From: the human T2T-CHM13v2.0 reference genome, Homo sapiens
Direction: 5' to 3' (one strand)
NCBI RefSeq assembly: GCF_009914755.1
Contig: NC_060928.1
DNA length: 64,000 nucleotides
Made by a program: the position numbers and the translations under genes. Of the stretch, positions 39,536 to 53,297 are shown piece after piece. Below the pieces are notes generated by a model. It worked only from the letters and a program-made list of their open reading frames with translations, was not told where the DNA came from and did no database searches. Every line of letters starts with the position of its first letter. The stretch's first letter is position 1.

Positions 39536-42500
39536 CAGAAAAATAGTACAGCCAATCTGAAAAAAGCTTGAAAGCATATTACCTCTTACTTTTGTTCCAG
39601 GGCTCCACCTCTTGCAATGTATCCATATTCTGATCTCATTCTCTAATTTTTACTGAGAAAATGAATTGTTACAGTGGAGACAATCAATGAACTGTTCAGG
39701 AAGACATATTATTAATTTTTAAAATAAAGCTGCTAAAGCTAATAAGATCAATCATTTCAATCATTGTCTATAAAGTGACTTTATATTTCCCTAAGTCATT
39801 AAAATTTTATCAAGGAAGAAAAATGGAGTAGGCTTAATTAATAAAACTAATACTGTTTAGAAGAAAATGCTATAAAATGAATTCTATCTGATTTACTTAT
39901 GGGATATTGTCACTAATTAGGTTTTCCAGAAATGGATGCTGAGGAGAGTGATACGCGACATTTTTGATTGGACTGATATCCTTTGGGAGGAAGTAGAGCA
40001 AGTCACTGAAAAATAAATAATAACTCTAAAATAAAAAACTTAAATTTGTATTATAATGAAAAAATTAATTTTAATTTATTTTATTTATTCCACGCTATGT
40101 TCTCTTTGTAAACTTCTGGTTTTGAAATTTAATTTCAAAATATTTTCAAAAGTCTAATTTATGTTAGTTTTAAGGGTACATACGTTAATCAATTAAAAAT
40201 GAAGAAATTAAAAGAAAATATTCTCTGCCGAATAATGTATCATTACTCTGCTCACACCAAGTATCAACATAATTGTACTTATTATAATTAGCACAATACT
40301 TAATTTATGGAGTATTAATAACTTATAAATCTATTTCAAATAGACATTCCTGAATATGTGTATCAAAAATTGAAACAAATCGTTTTACTTCATGTATGAA
40401 GATAACAATCACTTAAGGTTCGACAGATATATACAATTATAACAATAAAAATATGAAGAACATCGTTTTTTAAATAACATAATTAAACTTCCTGTAAAAC
40501 AAGATCTTCAACCTGTCTTTTACTCTCATAGATAATTTACTCCTACACTGTGTCAGTGTGTTTACTTTAGGACCTGAGGGCTGAGACTGTTTCTTGTTAA
40601 TAGCTAAGAAGTAGCACACTAGAGACACCTTTAAACTCATCTTTGCGTAAGTTACATTTTAGTTGGCTTTATTCCTTCTATTTTGTTTTCTCTTCCTGAA
40701 ATAATGTCTTCCTTTGCTCCTGGGTTATTTCCAACTGTGTTCTGCAGCTGTTGGTTCAATTCATGATAAACAATTGATTACACAGATCATAGAACAAGTT
40801 AATCAGTCTGGGACTTTGGTAATGAAAAATAAAGCTCCAGCAAGTTAATAAATCAGTTTTAAGTAGAGAAGGTATCTAAAACTAATTAAACACTGGTCTC
40901 AGTGACAGTGATTTAAGCTGTAGTCCTAAAACCTTTATATTCCTTAGAACCACAGTTTTCATCATATTAGTGTCAAATTACAGTTTCGTCTTTTGAATCG
41001 TTATAATTGAGTACTATGAAATAAACACTATGTTAGAGAAGTGACCTTGCAATTAAAGTTTGTAAGAAGTTAAAAACTGTCATGGAAGGATCCACCTTAC
41101 CAGACACCATATTTCCCTTTGTCCTGGAGTAACTGATTATTAATAAGTGATTTCCCATGGGAAGATAATTTCTAAGAAACAGTCAACATAGTTGTAGAGG
41201 GAACAAGTGTTATACTAGTGACACCTTTATCATTGCTTTATTGAGTAGAGGTTTTTTAAAATACTTGGTGACACAGATGAACGTTAAACTCATAGTTTTC
41301 CATATGTATCTAATGTAATGGTCTAATCAGGATTTGGGGTTAATTCTGATATTAATTCAGCGTCTCTAAGATGTCTGGTATAAAGGTTCTTCATATTAGA
41401 AGGCAACATATAGTATAATAAATGTTTGTATTACACCTGTATGATGTGTAGTCAAATGATTGTTGTGGCAATAACGAGAGTCTATAATCTGTACTGAAAA
41501 ATGGAACCAACTTACAAAATAATGGTTATTCATGCATACTGAAATAGAAAATGCCATGTGGTGCATGGAAGATCAGTATAGATACCATGCAAATGTTGCA
41601 AATTCTATGTTCCTTTATGTTGAATACCCAAGAATGGTAGAGAAGTATGAGTGCTTGTGCTTCACTAACCTTTCATTCGAGACTGTGCTAACATTTTATT
41701 TGCTAGAACCGTTCTCATTTAGCATTTAGAAATTAGCATGCTAAGACATATAATATAGTAGTGTCGTGCCTCATCTTAAGGACTCACTTGGTATATCTTT
41801 AAAAAAATTATTGGACATTGTCATCTTCAGGCACATATGCCTAAAATCAGTTAGATAATTAGAAATCTGAAATCAACACTTAAACTTTTTTCAAATATTA
41901 TGTGTGTTCTCATCGGGTTAAGAATTTCAGAGTTTTACCTGCTATGTTTGCAAAGCCTCTACATGATGTCATGCTGACTTCCACCTTTGGATATATTCTT
42001 GAAAGAAAAATATTTCAAATTCCCCCAAAGTACATTTTATTTGTCATTTCCCTCATTTTCAAAAGTGAATAATTGATTCCATACTCCTTAGGCAGATAAC
42101 ATCACAAACCTTATGAACCACATCCTAGTTAATTAACCATACTTTTTTTTTTTTTTTCAGCAGGCAGCTGAGGGCACAGGTGCATTTTGGGGTATAGATT
42201 ACTTACTCAGAAAAACAAGGTATGTCTTTATGTTAACTGGGTGAAAAGTAGCTTTGCAACATATATTCACTTCAATAATTCATTGCAAGTTGTTTTATAC
42301 ATAGTCCACAATGGAACAGCTATTGTTTGCTTGTCCAGTAATGCACAAGAGAACTACCATTTAACTTCCAGAAAAATGTATACTAAAACATATTCAAAAA
42401 AAGCCACCTTAACTTTTAATTATGTCAAATTTTGCATATATTTATGGCTTTCTATTTTGTGTACTCTCTCACCAGTCATGTTTGCAAATAAATGTATAAA

Positions 42501-42599
42501 ATTTATTAGAAAATAATAATGAATTAGCTAATAATGAATTAGCTATTCTATCGCTTGAAATTCTTTGTTCAAACGTGTATTATAATGTTTGACTATGCA

Positions 42600-43030
42600 T
42601 TGATATTGGAAGGGGACATTATTAGACAATTGGTGATATTTGAATATTGACATACGTTAATGATTTATGAGTTTTAAATTTTCTGAATTTAGTAATTTGT
42701 GATTAAGTTAAAATAAGATCCTTTTTTCTTTGAAACACATTTTTCCTGTTTTCTTCAAAAACACATTTATAAGTATTTTGGAGTGACTTGTGATATATGT
42801 TATTGCCTTCCAATTTTCCAGCCAATATATTATATAAATATAACATAGTATATATAATACACTATGTACATACCCTATATCTGTATACAATATACTATGT
42901 ACTATGTTCTCTCTCTGTCTCTCTCGATATTGTGATATAATGCTGCCATTCACTATAGTGTATGTATATATATATATGAAGGGGGGATTTGCAAATATAA
43001 GACAAATGTTGCAAATTATGACCAATGGTG
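42600..43030 (+). mobile_element. Old L1MC/L1ME 3'UTR remnant with a TA-rich expansion
   Basis: gacattattagacaattggtgatatttgaatattgac; aagacaaatgttgcaaattatgaccaatggtga. Confidence 0.45.
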
Positions 43031-44758
43031 AGTGAACATCTTTTGCCAGACACAGATCATTTTGTTGGGTAAAGTCACTTTAACTACACGTCCATAATAT
43101 TTTTAGGAATATTATGGATTCTTCTTATATGGTGCTGATTTTCATATTTCTGTATGCACCAGTTTTATTTAAACAATGTATTTACTTGGCTCATTATTTG
43201 AATGTTTTGTTGACATTAGACAGGATGTTATTGAAATCCCTGATCTTGAAGGGATTTGATGTTCTTTAGTAGTGATGGCATTTTTAACCTCTGCTAAGTA
43301 GAAGCCTACTAATTATAAGTGGAGTCACGAACAATTTTATCAGATATTAATTGGCTTCAAAGACCAAAACCGCCACTGAGACTCTCCTTTGTACTGATGC
43401 CAGAGACTCCAATCAGAACTTGTTTCTGTAGCTTACACATGCAACACCATAAAAGTAATAATATAATAAGGACTGACAATGACACGAGATACATTTTTTT
43501 GAGTTTCAGCCAGGGGCAAACTGCCTGTTGCTTTCCATTCAAAAGAGCTTTGCTCCTTTATCTCCTCCGTCATGACCATCCTCAAAGATATAGAAAGAGC
43601 AATTACTGCAGAGGTTTTTCTTTCAGCTCACTGAAAGTACTTTAACCTTGGCTACCATGTCAAAGATGGCAGCATTAGTAATAGAAAAAGTCTTAAGTCT
43701 GCAGCTCATATCCACCTTTTACATCAGTCAATCCAGATCATTATTCAAGAGTCAGTAGGCACCAAGAACCCTTTAATTAACATAAAAAGTCAATGTCATC
43801 ATATTGCTTAGAGAGCCTGAACTGATTCAGATTTACCACAGTTCTTGGCTTTGGAAAATACAGAGCTTCCTAATACTGTAAAATATGCATTCCCAATCCT
43901 ACTCTCTGGGAGATATGTCAGGGTATCCCCATTCACTCATAATATGCATAATTTATTTAGATATTTGAGTAATAACCACATTCTTCACAAGTGAATTTAC
44001 GTTAGAAATTTAGTATCGACCATCAACTTCTTCCCGTCATCACTGAAACCTCATATGCTACCATTCATTCTAAACACACACAAACACACACATAAAGTTA
44101 CTCATTATAGGTCCTTTATCACAGTGTCTGGGAAATACTGTGCAGTAAGCTCCAGAATCTGTAACTTTTACCTGGCTATATCAAGGTCCTTCCTTGGTTC
44201 AATGTTTTTTCCCTGAGCAGATAACAATAGTCTGAATATTGCAAATTTTTATGTGTTTCTTTGTTTCTATAATACAGCTTCTATTTTAATATATTTGAGA
44301 ATTATAGCCTCCTGCTCACATTATATATTCTAAGACTTTTGTCATGCTAGATTATGAATGTTTAGCACACAATATGGATTTCAAAATATCTTTTCTGGCT
44401 TTTGTTCTATAGTACCTTGCAACCTTTTCCAAATCTCTTTGTTCATAATGGGTTTGATTGTATTGTCTAGATCTTACTACTGCTACCAATTTGTATTTCC
44501 ATCATGTTGAAAAATGTTAATACCCCTTTCAGATTGATGTGATGGCCAGACACAGATAAAAATCTGTGTAAAGCAAATAAGGCTTACTTATCTAAAATAT
44601 GCAAAAGGAAACCAGCATAGAGGGTAACAAAAGCCAAAAACAGGATTAAAGTTTTCCAACTGCTTTGGTGCAGACATGTAGATGATAAATCTGCGTGGAA
44701 CTTTTGAAATCTTACTTGCCTCACTTTACTCGCAGAGTTTTATTCATTAGGCTAATGG

Positions 44759-44978
44759 CACAATTTCTCAACTTCAATTCTATTCTCATTTGGATCAGAT
44801 AATTGTTGTTGTGTGGGGGTTTTTTTTGTATATTATAAGATGTATAGTAGTATACCTGGTCTCCAACCACTACATGCTAATAATCCACTTTACTCTCAGT
44901 TGTGACAATTAAAAATGTCTCCAGAATTCACCAAATGTACTTTTGGGTAAAACTCAGCACCTTTGTAAGAACCACCAT
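44759..44978. mobile_element. MER20 (hAT-Charlie MITE)
   Basis: tttctcaact...gataattgttgttgtgtggggg...cagttgtgacaattaaaaatgtctccaga...aagaaccac. Confidence 0.8.
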
Positions 44979-45769
44979 GCTAAAGTAATTTGGATGGCAG
45001 TCTTTCCTTGGTATATGCTAAAGACCAAGCACATGCATGTCATGCTTCTCATTAATTTTAGAGCTAAGGATTGCACAATATGGGAAGAGGGCATAGTGCT
45101 TTTTGGCTTAAGCACACTTTTCATGTTTCTGCCCTTAACATTTCTAGCAATTCAGATAGAAAACACTTCTGAATTCAACACCATTAGTAATAGAATAGAG
45201 AACAGAAGTCAGTTATTAGGAGATTATGCTTATAACCTATAAGGTCTATGCTTTTTTAAATAAATAATGGAAAGTCTAAAGAGGGCAGCTGCTTGGAGTG
45301 ATTAAACAACTCAATAAGATTAAGGCTGGCATAGCTGAATTTCTCTGCAACTATTCATAATTCAATTTCCCTAAAACTGTACTGTTGCTGTAGCCTTATA
45401 TACCCCGTATTTGTTCAAGGCAATAAGAATGTAGAAATGTTTCACATAAGCTCTCTCAGTTATTACTATGATAAAAAATTCTTTGATAGAGAAATGACAT
45501 CAGCAAGAAGGCAGAATATCTACCCTTCTTTTTCCCCATGAATACACCTATTTCAACATTACTATATGGACCAATTCCATTTGTGAGAGATCCAGAAAGA
45601 AATATAGAGGCACCTGCACCTCTGACAAGTGTGAATCCAGCCACAATTAAGATGGTAGAAAAAAAGTGGACAATCTTCTCATTATAATACTTCATCAGCA
45701 CAGCAACACAAGAGTGGTTAACTCAATAAATTTCTGCAAAAACCAATGTCCTGGAGAGTTTTTCTGATT

Positions 45770-46300
45770 TTTTTTGTTTTTTAGTAGTTTCATAGTTTGA
45801 GGTCTTAGATTTAAGTCTTCAATCCATTTGTATTTGATTAATGTAAATGGTATATGGTAATATATAGGGATCTAATTTCATTCTTCTGCATAAAGATGTC
45901 CAGTTTTCCAAGCAACATTTATTGAAGAGACTATCCTTACCCCAGTGTATGTTCTTGGCACCTTTGTCAAAAATTAGTTCACTGTAGATGTATAAATTTA
46001 TTTCTGGATCTCTATTTTGTTTTGTTTTGTCTATGTGTCTATTTTGATGCCAGTACCAGGCTGTTTTGGTTACTATACTGTAATACTAATTCTGTAGTAT
46101 AATTTGAAGTCAGGTAATGTGATTTCTCCAGTTTTGTTCTTTTGCTCAGCATAGATTTGGGTATTCTGGGTCTTTTTTGGTCTCATACACATTTTTAGCA
46201 TTTGTTCTATTTCTGTGAAGAATGCCATTGGTATTTTGATATGGATTGCATTGAATCTGTAGATTGCTTTATGTAGTATGGACATTTAAAAAATATTGAC
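45770..46300 (-). mobile_element. Internal L1 ORF2 fragment (L1MA/L1PB-age)
   Basis: The 46073-46285 minus ORF is ORF2-like ([22 protein letters not shown]...[10 protein letters not shown]). No 3'UTR or tail. Confidence 0.85.
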
Positions 46301-47725
46301 TTTAAAAGGTTAATAATAAACTTTTAGTTAGACTAAGAAAAAAGAGAGAAGACTCAAATAAATAAAATCAGAAATGAAAGAGAAGACGTTAGAACTGATG
46401 CCACAGAAATAAAAAGGATCATAAGAGACTGTTATAATCAAATATACAGCAACTAACTGGATAAGCTGGAAGAAATGGATAAACTCCTGGAAACATACAA
46501 TTTACCATGACAGAATCATGGAGAAATATAACATATGAACACAATTATAACTAGAAAGGTTATTTAATCTGTAATTAGAAACTTTCCAACAAGAAAATCC
46601 CCAAACCATATAGTTTCACTGGTGAATTCTATAAAATATATAAAGAATTAAAGTTAGTCCTTCTCAAGCTCTTCCAAAAAATTGAAGAGAAGTGAATGAT
46701 TCCAACTTTATTTTAATGAGGCCAATATTATGCTAATATCAAAGACAAAGACACTTCAAGAAAATAAAACTACAGGTCAATATTCCTAATGACCGTAGAC
46801 ATACAAATGCTTAACAAAATGCCAAAAAACAGAATTCAATAGAAATTTTTTAGGAAACATACACCATTACCCAATAGGATTCACCCCTATGATGCGGAAT
46901 CACTCAATGTGATATACTACATTAAAAAAAAAGGAGAAGAATTGCATGATCATCTCTATTAATGCAGAAAAGCATTTGACAAAATTCAATGTTCTTTCAT
47001 GATAAAAATTCTCGACAAATTAGGTATAAAAGGAACTTACCTCAACACAGTAAAGGCCATATATGAAAGGTTCACAGGTTAACATGATATTCATTGGTGA
47101 AAAACAGAAGGCATTTTCCCTAAGATCAGGAACAAGACCAGGATGTCCATTCTTGTCACTTCTATTCAACATAATACTGGAAGCTATTGCCAGAGCTATT
47201 ATTCAAAAAAAAAGGAACTAAAAGATATTTCAACTGAAAAATAAGTAAAGTTATTCTTTGCAGATGACACACTCTTGTATGTAGAAAACCTTAAATATGT
47301 TACAAAAAACTTTTAGAACAAATAAATAAATTCTGTAAAGCTGCAGAATAAAAATATCAGTTATGATTGTATATACTAATGAATTATCCAAACATGAAAT
47401 TTAAAAAATAAAACAATTGTATTCACAGTAGTTTGGAAAAGAATAAAATACTTCAGAGTAAACTCAAACAAGGAGATGACTTTTCACTGAAAAGTGCAAA
47501 ACACTGATGACAGAAACACAAAAAGCCAGAAATAAATAGAGACATCTGTTCATGGATTAAAATAATTAATACTGTCAAATGTTCATACTAGCCAAAATAA
47601 TCTACAGATTCAATGCAATGCCTATCAAAATTTCAATGACTTTTTTACAATTTTTTTTTAATTATAAGATGTGTGTAGAACCACCAAGGACATCGAAAGG
47701 CCAACTCAATCTTGAAAAATAAAAA

Positions 47726-49385
47726 TGTCTTAGTGTAATTTGGCTGCTATCATGAAAATGCCACACACCTGGTAGCTTATAAACATAATTTATTTCTTAC
47801 ATTCTGGAGATTAGAAAGTATTTATTAAAGTGCTGTCAGCTTTGATGTCTAAGTGTCTGGTGAAGAGCCAGTTCCTGTTTCAGGGATGACTGTCTTCTCA
47901 ATGTATCCTGACTTGGCAGCAGGGGTCAGGAAGCTTTCTGGGGTCCCTTTTAAAAGGGCACTAATCTTATTCATGAGAGCTCTTGTATTGGGGATTAGGT
48001 TTGAATGTATGCATTTTGAGGAAACGTATTTAGTCTATAGTATTCTATCTCTGGTGCCTCAATATTAATGTTCTTCTCACATGCAAAATACATTAATTCC
48101 ATTCCAGAAACCCCAAAAGTCTTAACTCATTGCAGCACCAACTTTAAAAAGTCCAAAGTCTCTTCCAAACATCATTCAAACCAGATATGGGTGAGATTCA
48201 GGGTAGAATTTATCTTAAGGCAAATGTCTCTCTACATGTGAATCAGTAAACCCAAACAAGTTACATACTTCCAAAATGCACTTGTGGGATAGCCATAGTA
48301 TAGACATTCTCATTGCAAAAGGGAGAAATAGGGGGGAAAAAAGTTAGTAATAGGTCCCAAGTAAGTTCAAAAACAAATGAGGCAAATGATATTAAATCTT
48401 AACGCTACTCTCATGACTTGCCTGGGCACCACTATAATGGGAACTCTTTGTGATGGCCCCAATCCTTTATATCTGGATGGACACAGCAATGACCCCAACC
48501 ACGACTCTCCTGGGTGCATCCCATACCACAGTTTTCTGTGAGCTGGCAGTGACAGCACTGCACAGATACTGCCAAAGTTTCCTGTTTATGCTCTCCAGAG
48601 GAGCAGCTACCAGGGCCCATCCCACACTGAGACCCATCAGAGCCCCACCTGGGGCAGAAAAGAAACCTGCAGCTGGAGTACAGGGAGTAGAGCATGTGAT
48701 ATCAGGAAGTGTGGAATAACAGAGACTGAGGGCAGGCAGCTGCTGTTGGCCCCTACTTTGAAACTGCTCTGCCTCCAGGTTTTTGCACTCTGTGATAAGA
48801 GGGGCAGCCCTGATGATCTCTGTTGCCTTCCTAGTCATTCTTTGATTGTCTTGTAGATTAGCTCCTGGCTTCTGTTGAGAAGGGTGATCCACACTAATAT
48901 CCTTATCAAGCAATTGCTTACTTACTCCTTAGTGTTCCCTCATAAACTGGCTTCTCATTCTTTTCAATATAAACAGGCTGAGAATTCTGCTTCCTTTTTG
49001 ATTAGCAATTCTATCTTCAAGTCATTTTCTCTTATCTTTTACTATCAGCAGTCAGGAGAAACGAAGATACACCTTCAACATTTTGCTTAGAAATAGAGTC
49101 ATCTAAATATCCAGTTTTATTGTTCATAAGTTGGACCTTCAACAAAACACTAGCAAACAAAATTCAGCCAAATTCCTTGCCACTTTATGATAATGATGGC
49201 CTTTCCTCTACCATTCAATAACATACTTCTTATATTCATCTGAGACCTCATCAGATTGCCTTTACTGTCCATATTTCTATCAACAACCTAATAATCTCCC
49301 AAAGGACCCACCTCCAGCTACCATTTCACTGGGGACCAGGCTTCAACATATAAATTTTTAGGGGAAACAAACATTGTCTGTAGCA
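47726..49385 (-). mobile_element. MLT1A-family MaLR provirus: LTR (47726-48042), internal region, partial second LTR (~49292-49385)
   Basis: tgtcttagt...tttaaaagggcactaatc...tatagta, then MaLR-int (ctcacatgcaaaatacatt...ccccaaaagtcttaactcatt), ending tgtagca. TSD aaaaa/aagaa. Confidence 0.8.
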
Positions 49386-49464
49386 AAGAAAAAAGTTGGA
49401 GGCATTACATGTCCGGATTTCAAGATTTATTACATAGCGACATTAATTAAAATTACAAGTTTTT

Positions 49465-49766
<302 letters not shown>

Positions 49767-49837
49767 AAAATTACAAATTTTGAGAAAAAGACAGACTTAC
49801 AGACCAATAGAATAGAATAGATAGCTGAGAAATATCC

Positions 49838-49905
49838 CATATATTATATATATAAATATATACACACACATACATATATATATACACACACAAATATATA
49901 TATAA
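49838..49905. repeat. Mixed (TA)n/(CA)n microsatellite
   Basis: Seen directly. Confidence 0.85.
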
Positions 49906-50157
49906 AATAAACTGACCTTCAACAACACTTCAGCAATGCTTCTAAGGATACACAGTGGAAAAAGAATAGTCTCTTCAACAAATAGTGTTAGAAAAACTGA
50001 ATATTACACACATCCTACACCATGCATAAAATCAACTCAAATTAATTAAATACTTAAGTGTAAGACCTGAAACTGTAAAACTCTTAGAAGAAAAACATAA
50101 GAAAAACACTTTAAGACATTGGCTTTAGCAATTATTTCTTGAATAGAACACCAAACA

Positions 50158-50833
50158 TATGGCCAGTAGAAGGTATCTGAGTTACCGATGGTGAATCTGT
50201 ATGGGAATGCAGCTACCTCAATTTTTTCCTCCTCAGAAGAAATAATTTGACTGAGTTGCATATGGCAGAAAAAGAGACCAAGGCAAGTTTCAGAGGAGGG
50301 ATGTGTATGTTTATTTAAAAAAGCTTTAGAGCAGAAAAGAAAGGAAAGAAAAATACACATAGAAGAGACCCAAGTGGGCAACTTGAAGGTCTAATGTGGT
50401 GTTTAATCTTGATCCCAGAACCATATAGACTGACCCCTTTCCCAGGATGCTTCCCTTAGGATGGGCTGCCTGCATGTGCAGTGCCCTCCTTACCCTTGGG
50501 AGGAGAGTGTGAGCAGTGTGTTTAGGAAGTTATATGCATGCCCATCTGAGGTTTTCTTCCCTTTTCTGGTGGAGTGTCCCCAGAAGGTCATACCTGCCAT
50601 TTTGTCTCTTACGCACATGCCCAGGAAGTTGTTTCTCCCTGGAATCTGCATTCGATTAACATCTTAGTGCAACAGGTGTGGGCCATCAGGAAATAGCCTC
50701 TCCCTGGTGCCAGCTGCCAATTTATCACTTTCAGAGAGGCAATGTGATGATCGCTGAACCATCATCTGATATTCCTTGTGGGTGGGGGACAGCCGTCTCC
50801 TGCTCCACTCATGCTCGTCTCACTACCTGTAAA
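50158..50833 (-). mobile_element. MER50-family ERV1 solo LTR
   Basis: gaaggtatctgagttaccgatggtgaatctgtatggg...cctcctcagaagaaa...gagaccaaggcaagtttcagag...ctcctgctccactcatgctcgtctcactacctgtaa. Confidence 0.82.
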
Positions 50834-51120
50834 AAAATCCCAAGTAAAAGAAGAAGAAGAAAAAAAAGACAAGTGGGACTACGTCAAACTAAAAAGCTGC
50901 TGCTCTGCAAAGAAAACAATCAATAGAGTGAAAAGAGTGTCTATTGAATGGAAGAAAGTATTTATAAACCATATATTTCATAAGGGTGAAATCTAAAATA
51001 TATAAAATAGTTTACAGAACTTAGCAAAAAACAAATAATGAGCAAAGTACATGAATGCACATTTATCCAAAGGAGACATACGATTGGCCAAAATTTGTAT
51101 AAAAAGATGCTCAACTTCAT

Positions 51121-51529
51121 TGAGATAGTTTGGATATTTGCCTCCTCTAAATGCCTTGTTGAAATTCGATCTCCAATATTGAAGGTGGAGCCTAGTGGGA
51201 GGTGGGGACATACCCCTCATGGATGGCTTAGTGCCCTCTCAGCAGTAAATAGTTGCCACTCTAGTAGTTCACATGAGATCTGATTGTTAAAAAGAGTTTA
51301 GGACCTCCCTCCTTACTCTGTCTCTGGGTTTCCTCTCTTGCCACATGATACATTGGCCCCCTTTTCTTTCCATCATGAGTAAAAGCTTCCTGATGTCCTA
51401 ATCAGGAGCAAATATTGGTGCTGTAATTTGTGTACAGCCTACGGGACTGTGAACCAAATAAGACTTTTTTCTTTATAAATTTTCCAGTCTCGAGTATTCC
51501 ATTATGGCAACACAAAAGGGAATAATCCA
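51121..51529 (+). mobile_element. MSTB-like MaLR solo LTR
   Basis: tgagatagtttggatatttg...gaaggtggagcctagtgggaggtg...tttctttataaattttccagtctcgagtattcc. Degenerate TSD ttcat/gtcac. Confidence 0.85.
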
Positions 51530-51962
51530 GTCACTAATCAAAAAAAAATGCAAATCAAAACTATAATAAGACATTATCTCATACTTGTTACAATGGTAAT
51601 GATTTAAGAAAATGACAACACCATAATATCCATACGTGTATGTGAAGAAGTTGGAACCATTGTACCTTCTCAGTGGGAATGTAAAATGGTGCAGCCACTA
51701 TGAAAAACAATATAGAGATTTCTCAAAACAATTAACATCAGACTTACCTTATAATCCATCTATCTCTATTATTTATAATTTTCCAACAGGTTTAAAATTA
51801 TCATTTTGAAGAGATATCTGCATTCCCATATTCATTGTAGCATTTTTTATAATAGCCAAGATATAGAAACAATCTAAATGTCCAGGGCAGGTGACTGGAT
51901 AATGAATATATGACATATTTATAAAGAAATATTATGCAACTATAAAAAGAAGTAAATCCTCC

Positions 51963-52189
51963 TGTATTAGTCATGGTTCTCTAGAGGGACAGAACTAATG
52001 GAATATGTGTGTGTGTATATATATATGTATGTGTGTGTATATATATATAATATATAATAGATTATTATATATTTATTTTATTTATATAAATATGTATTTA
52101 TATAAATATACATTTATTATATATTAGATATCTATTTATATTTTATTATATATATTTATATTTATATATAGGGGAGTTTATATATATAT

Positions 52190-52229
<40 letters not shown>

Positions 52230-52609
52230 AAGGGGAGTTTATTAAGTATTAACTCACATAATCACAAGGTCCCACAATAGGCCATCTGCAGGCTGAGGAG
52301 CAAGGAAAGCAGTCCGAGTTCCAAATCTGAAGTACTTGGAGTTCGATGGTCTAGGGCGGGAAGCATGTAGGGAGAAAGATGTAGGCCAGAAGACTAGGCC
52401 AGTCTCTCTTTTCACATTTTTCTGCCTGCTTACATTCTAGCTGTGCTGGCAGCTGATTAGATTGTGCCCATCCAGATTAAGGGTGGGTCTGCCTTTCCCA
52501 GCCCACTGACTCAAATGTTAATCTCCTTTGGCATCCCCCTCACAGACACACACATTATCAATACTTTGTATCCTTCAGTCCACTCAAGTTAACATTATTA
52601 AGCATCACA
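51963..52609 (-). mobile_element. MLT2A1/MLT2A2 (HERV-L) solo LTR with expanded internal TA/CA microsatellite
   Basis: tgtattagtcatggttctctagagggacagaactaa...cccactgactcaaatgttaatctcctttggca...catcaca. Exact 5-bp TSD cctcc (51958-51962 / 52610-52614). Confidence 0.93.
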
Positions 52610-53117
52610 CCTCCCATATGCACCAACATGGATGAAACTTGAGAAAATTTTTGCTGAATAAAATGAGCTAGTCACAGAAGGACAAATACTGCATTATTCT
52701 CCTTATAGGAGGTAACAAGAATGGTCAAACACAGACGCAGAAAGTAGAGTTGTGGTTGTTAGGAGATAGGGAGGAAGGGAAATCGAATGTTTCCATTAAA
52801 TGGACATAAAATTTCAGTTATGTAAGATGAATAATTTCTAGATAACTTCTGTACAACATTGTGCTTATTTATAGTTATCATACTGTATAATACATTGAAA
52901 ATTTTGGTAAGAACATAGATCTCATGTTGTTTGTTCTTACCATAATTAAAAAATATTTATAGAAATCCCAAGTATATTTTGACTTCTGGCTTCCAGGAAA
53001 GCTGGAATTGAATTATTAATCCTATAGTGAAGGAAAACAAGAAGGTAAGAGATAAGGTCTTATTGAAAATTTATGTTAACAAGAACATAAGTATCTGCTA
53101 TGAGAAGAATTATTAAT

Positions 53118-53297
53118 TCTCTCTCTCTCTCTCTCTCAACAGTGTCATCACTCTGTTGCCCAGGCTGCAGTGCAGTGGTACCATCACATCTCACTTAGAC
53201 TCAACCTTCTGGGCTCAAGTGATCTTCCCACCTCAGTCTCCTGAGTAGTTGGGCCACCATGCCTGGTTAATTTTTGTATTTTTTTGTAGAAACGGGT
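53118..53297 (-). mobile_element. AluJ/FRAM-like partial element with a (CT)n tail
   Basis: cactctgttgcccaggctgcagtgcagtgg...ctgggctcaagtgatcttcccacctcag, preceded by a (CT)n run. Confidence 0.85.

Noticed and set aside
45770-47725. Twin-priming inversion at the -/+ L1 junction near 46300
   Set aside because: The minus fragment covers an ORF2 interval that is also present in the plus element (from ~47560 onward) and looks less diverged. These are two independent elements, not one inverted insertion.
48367-48913. Cluster of overlapping ORFs up to 148 aa
   Set aside because: Lies in the GC-richer MaLR internal region, where stops are rarer; no gag/pol motif recognised.
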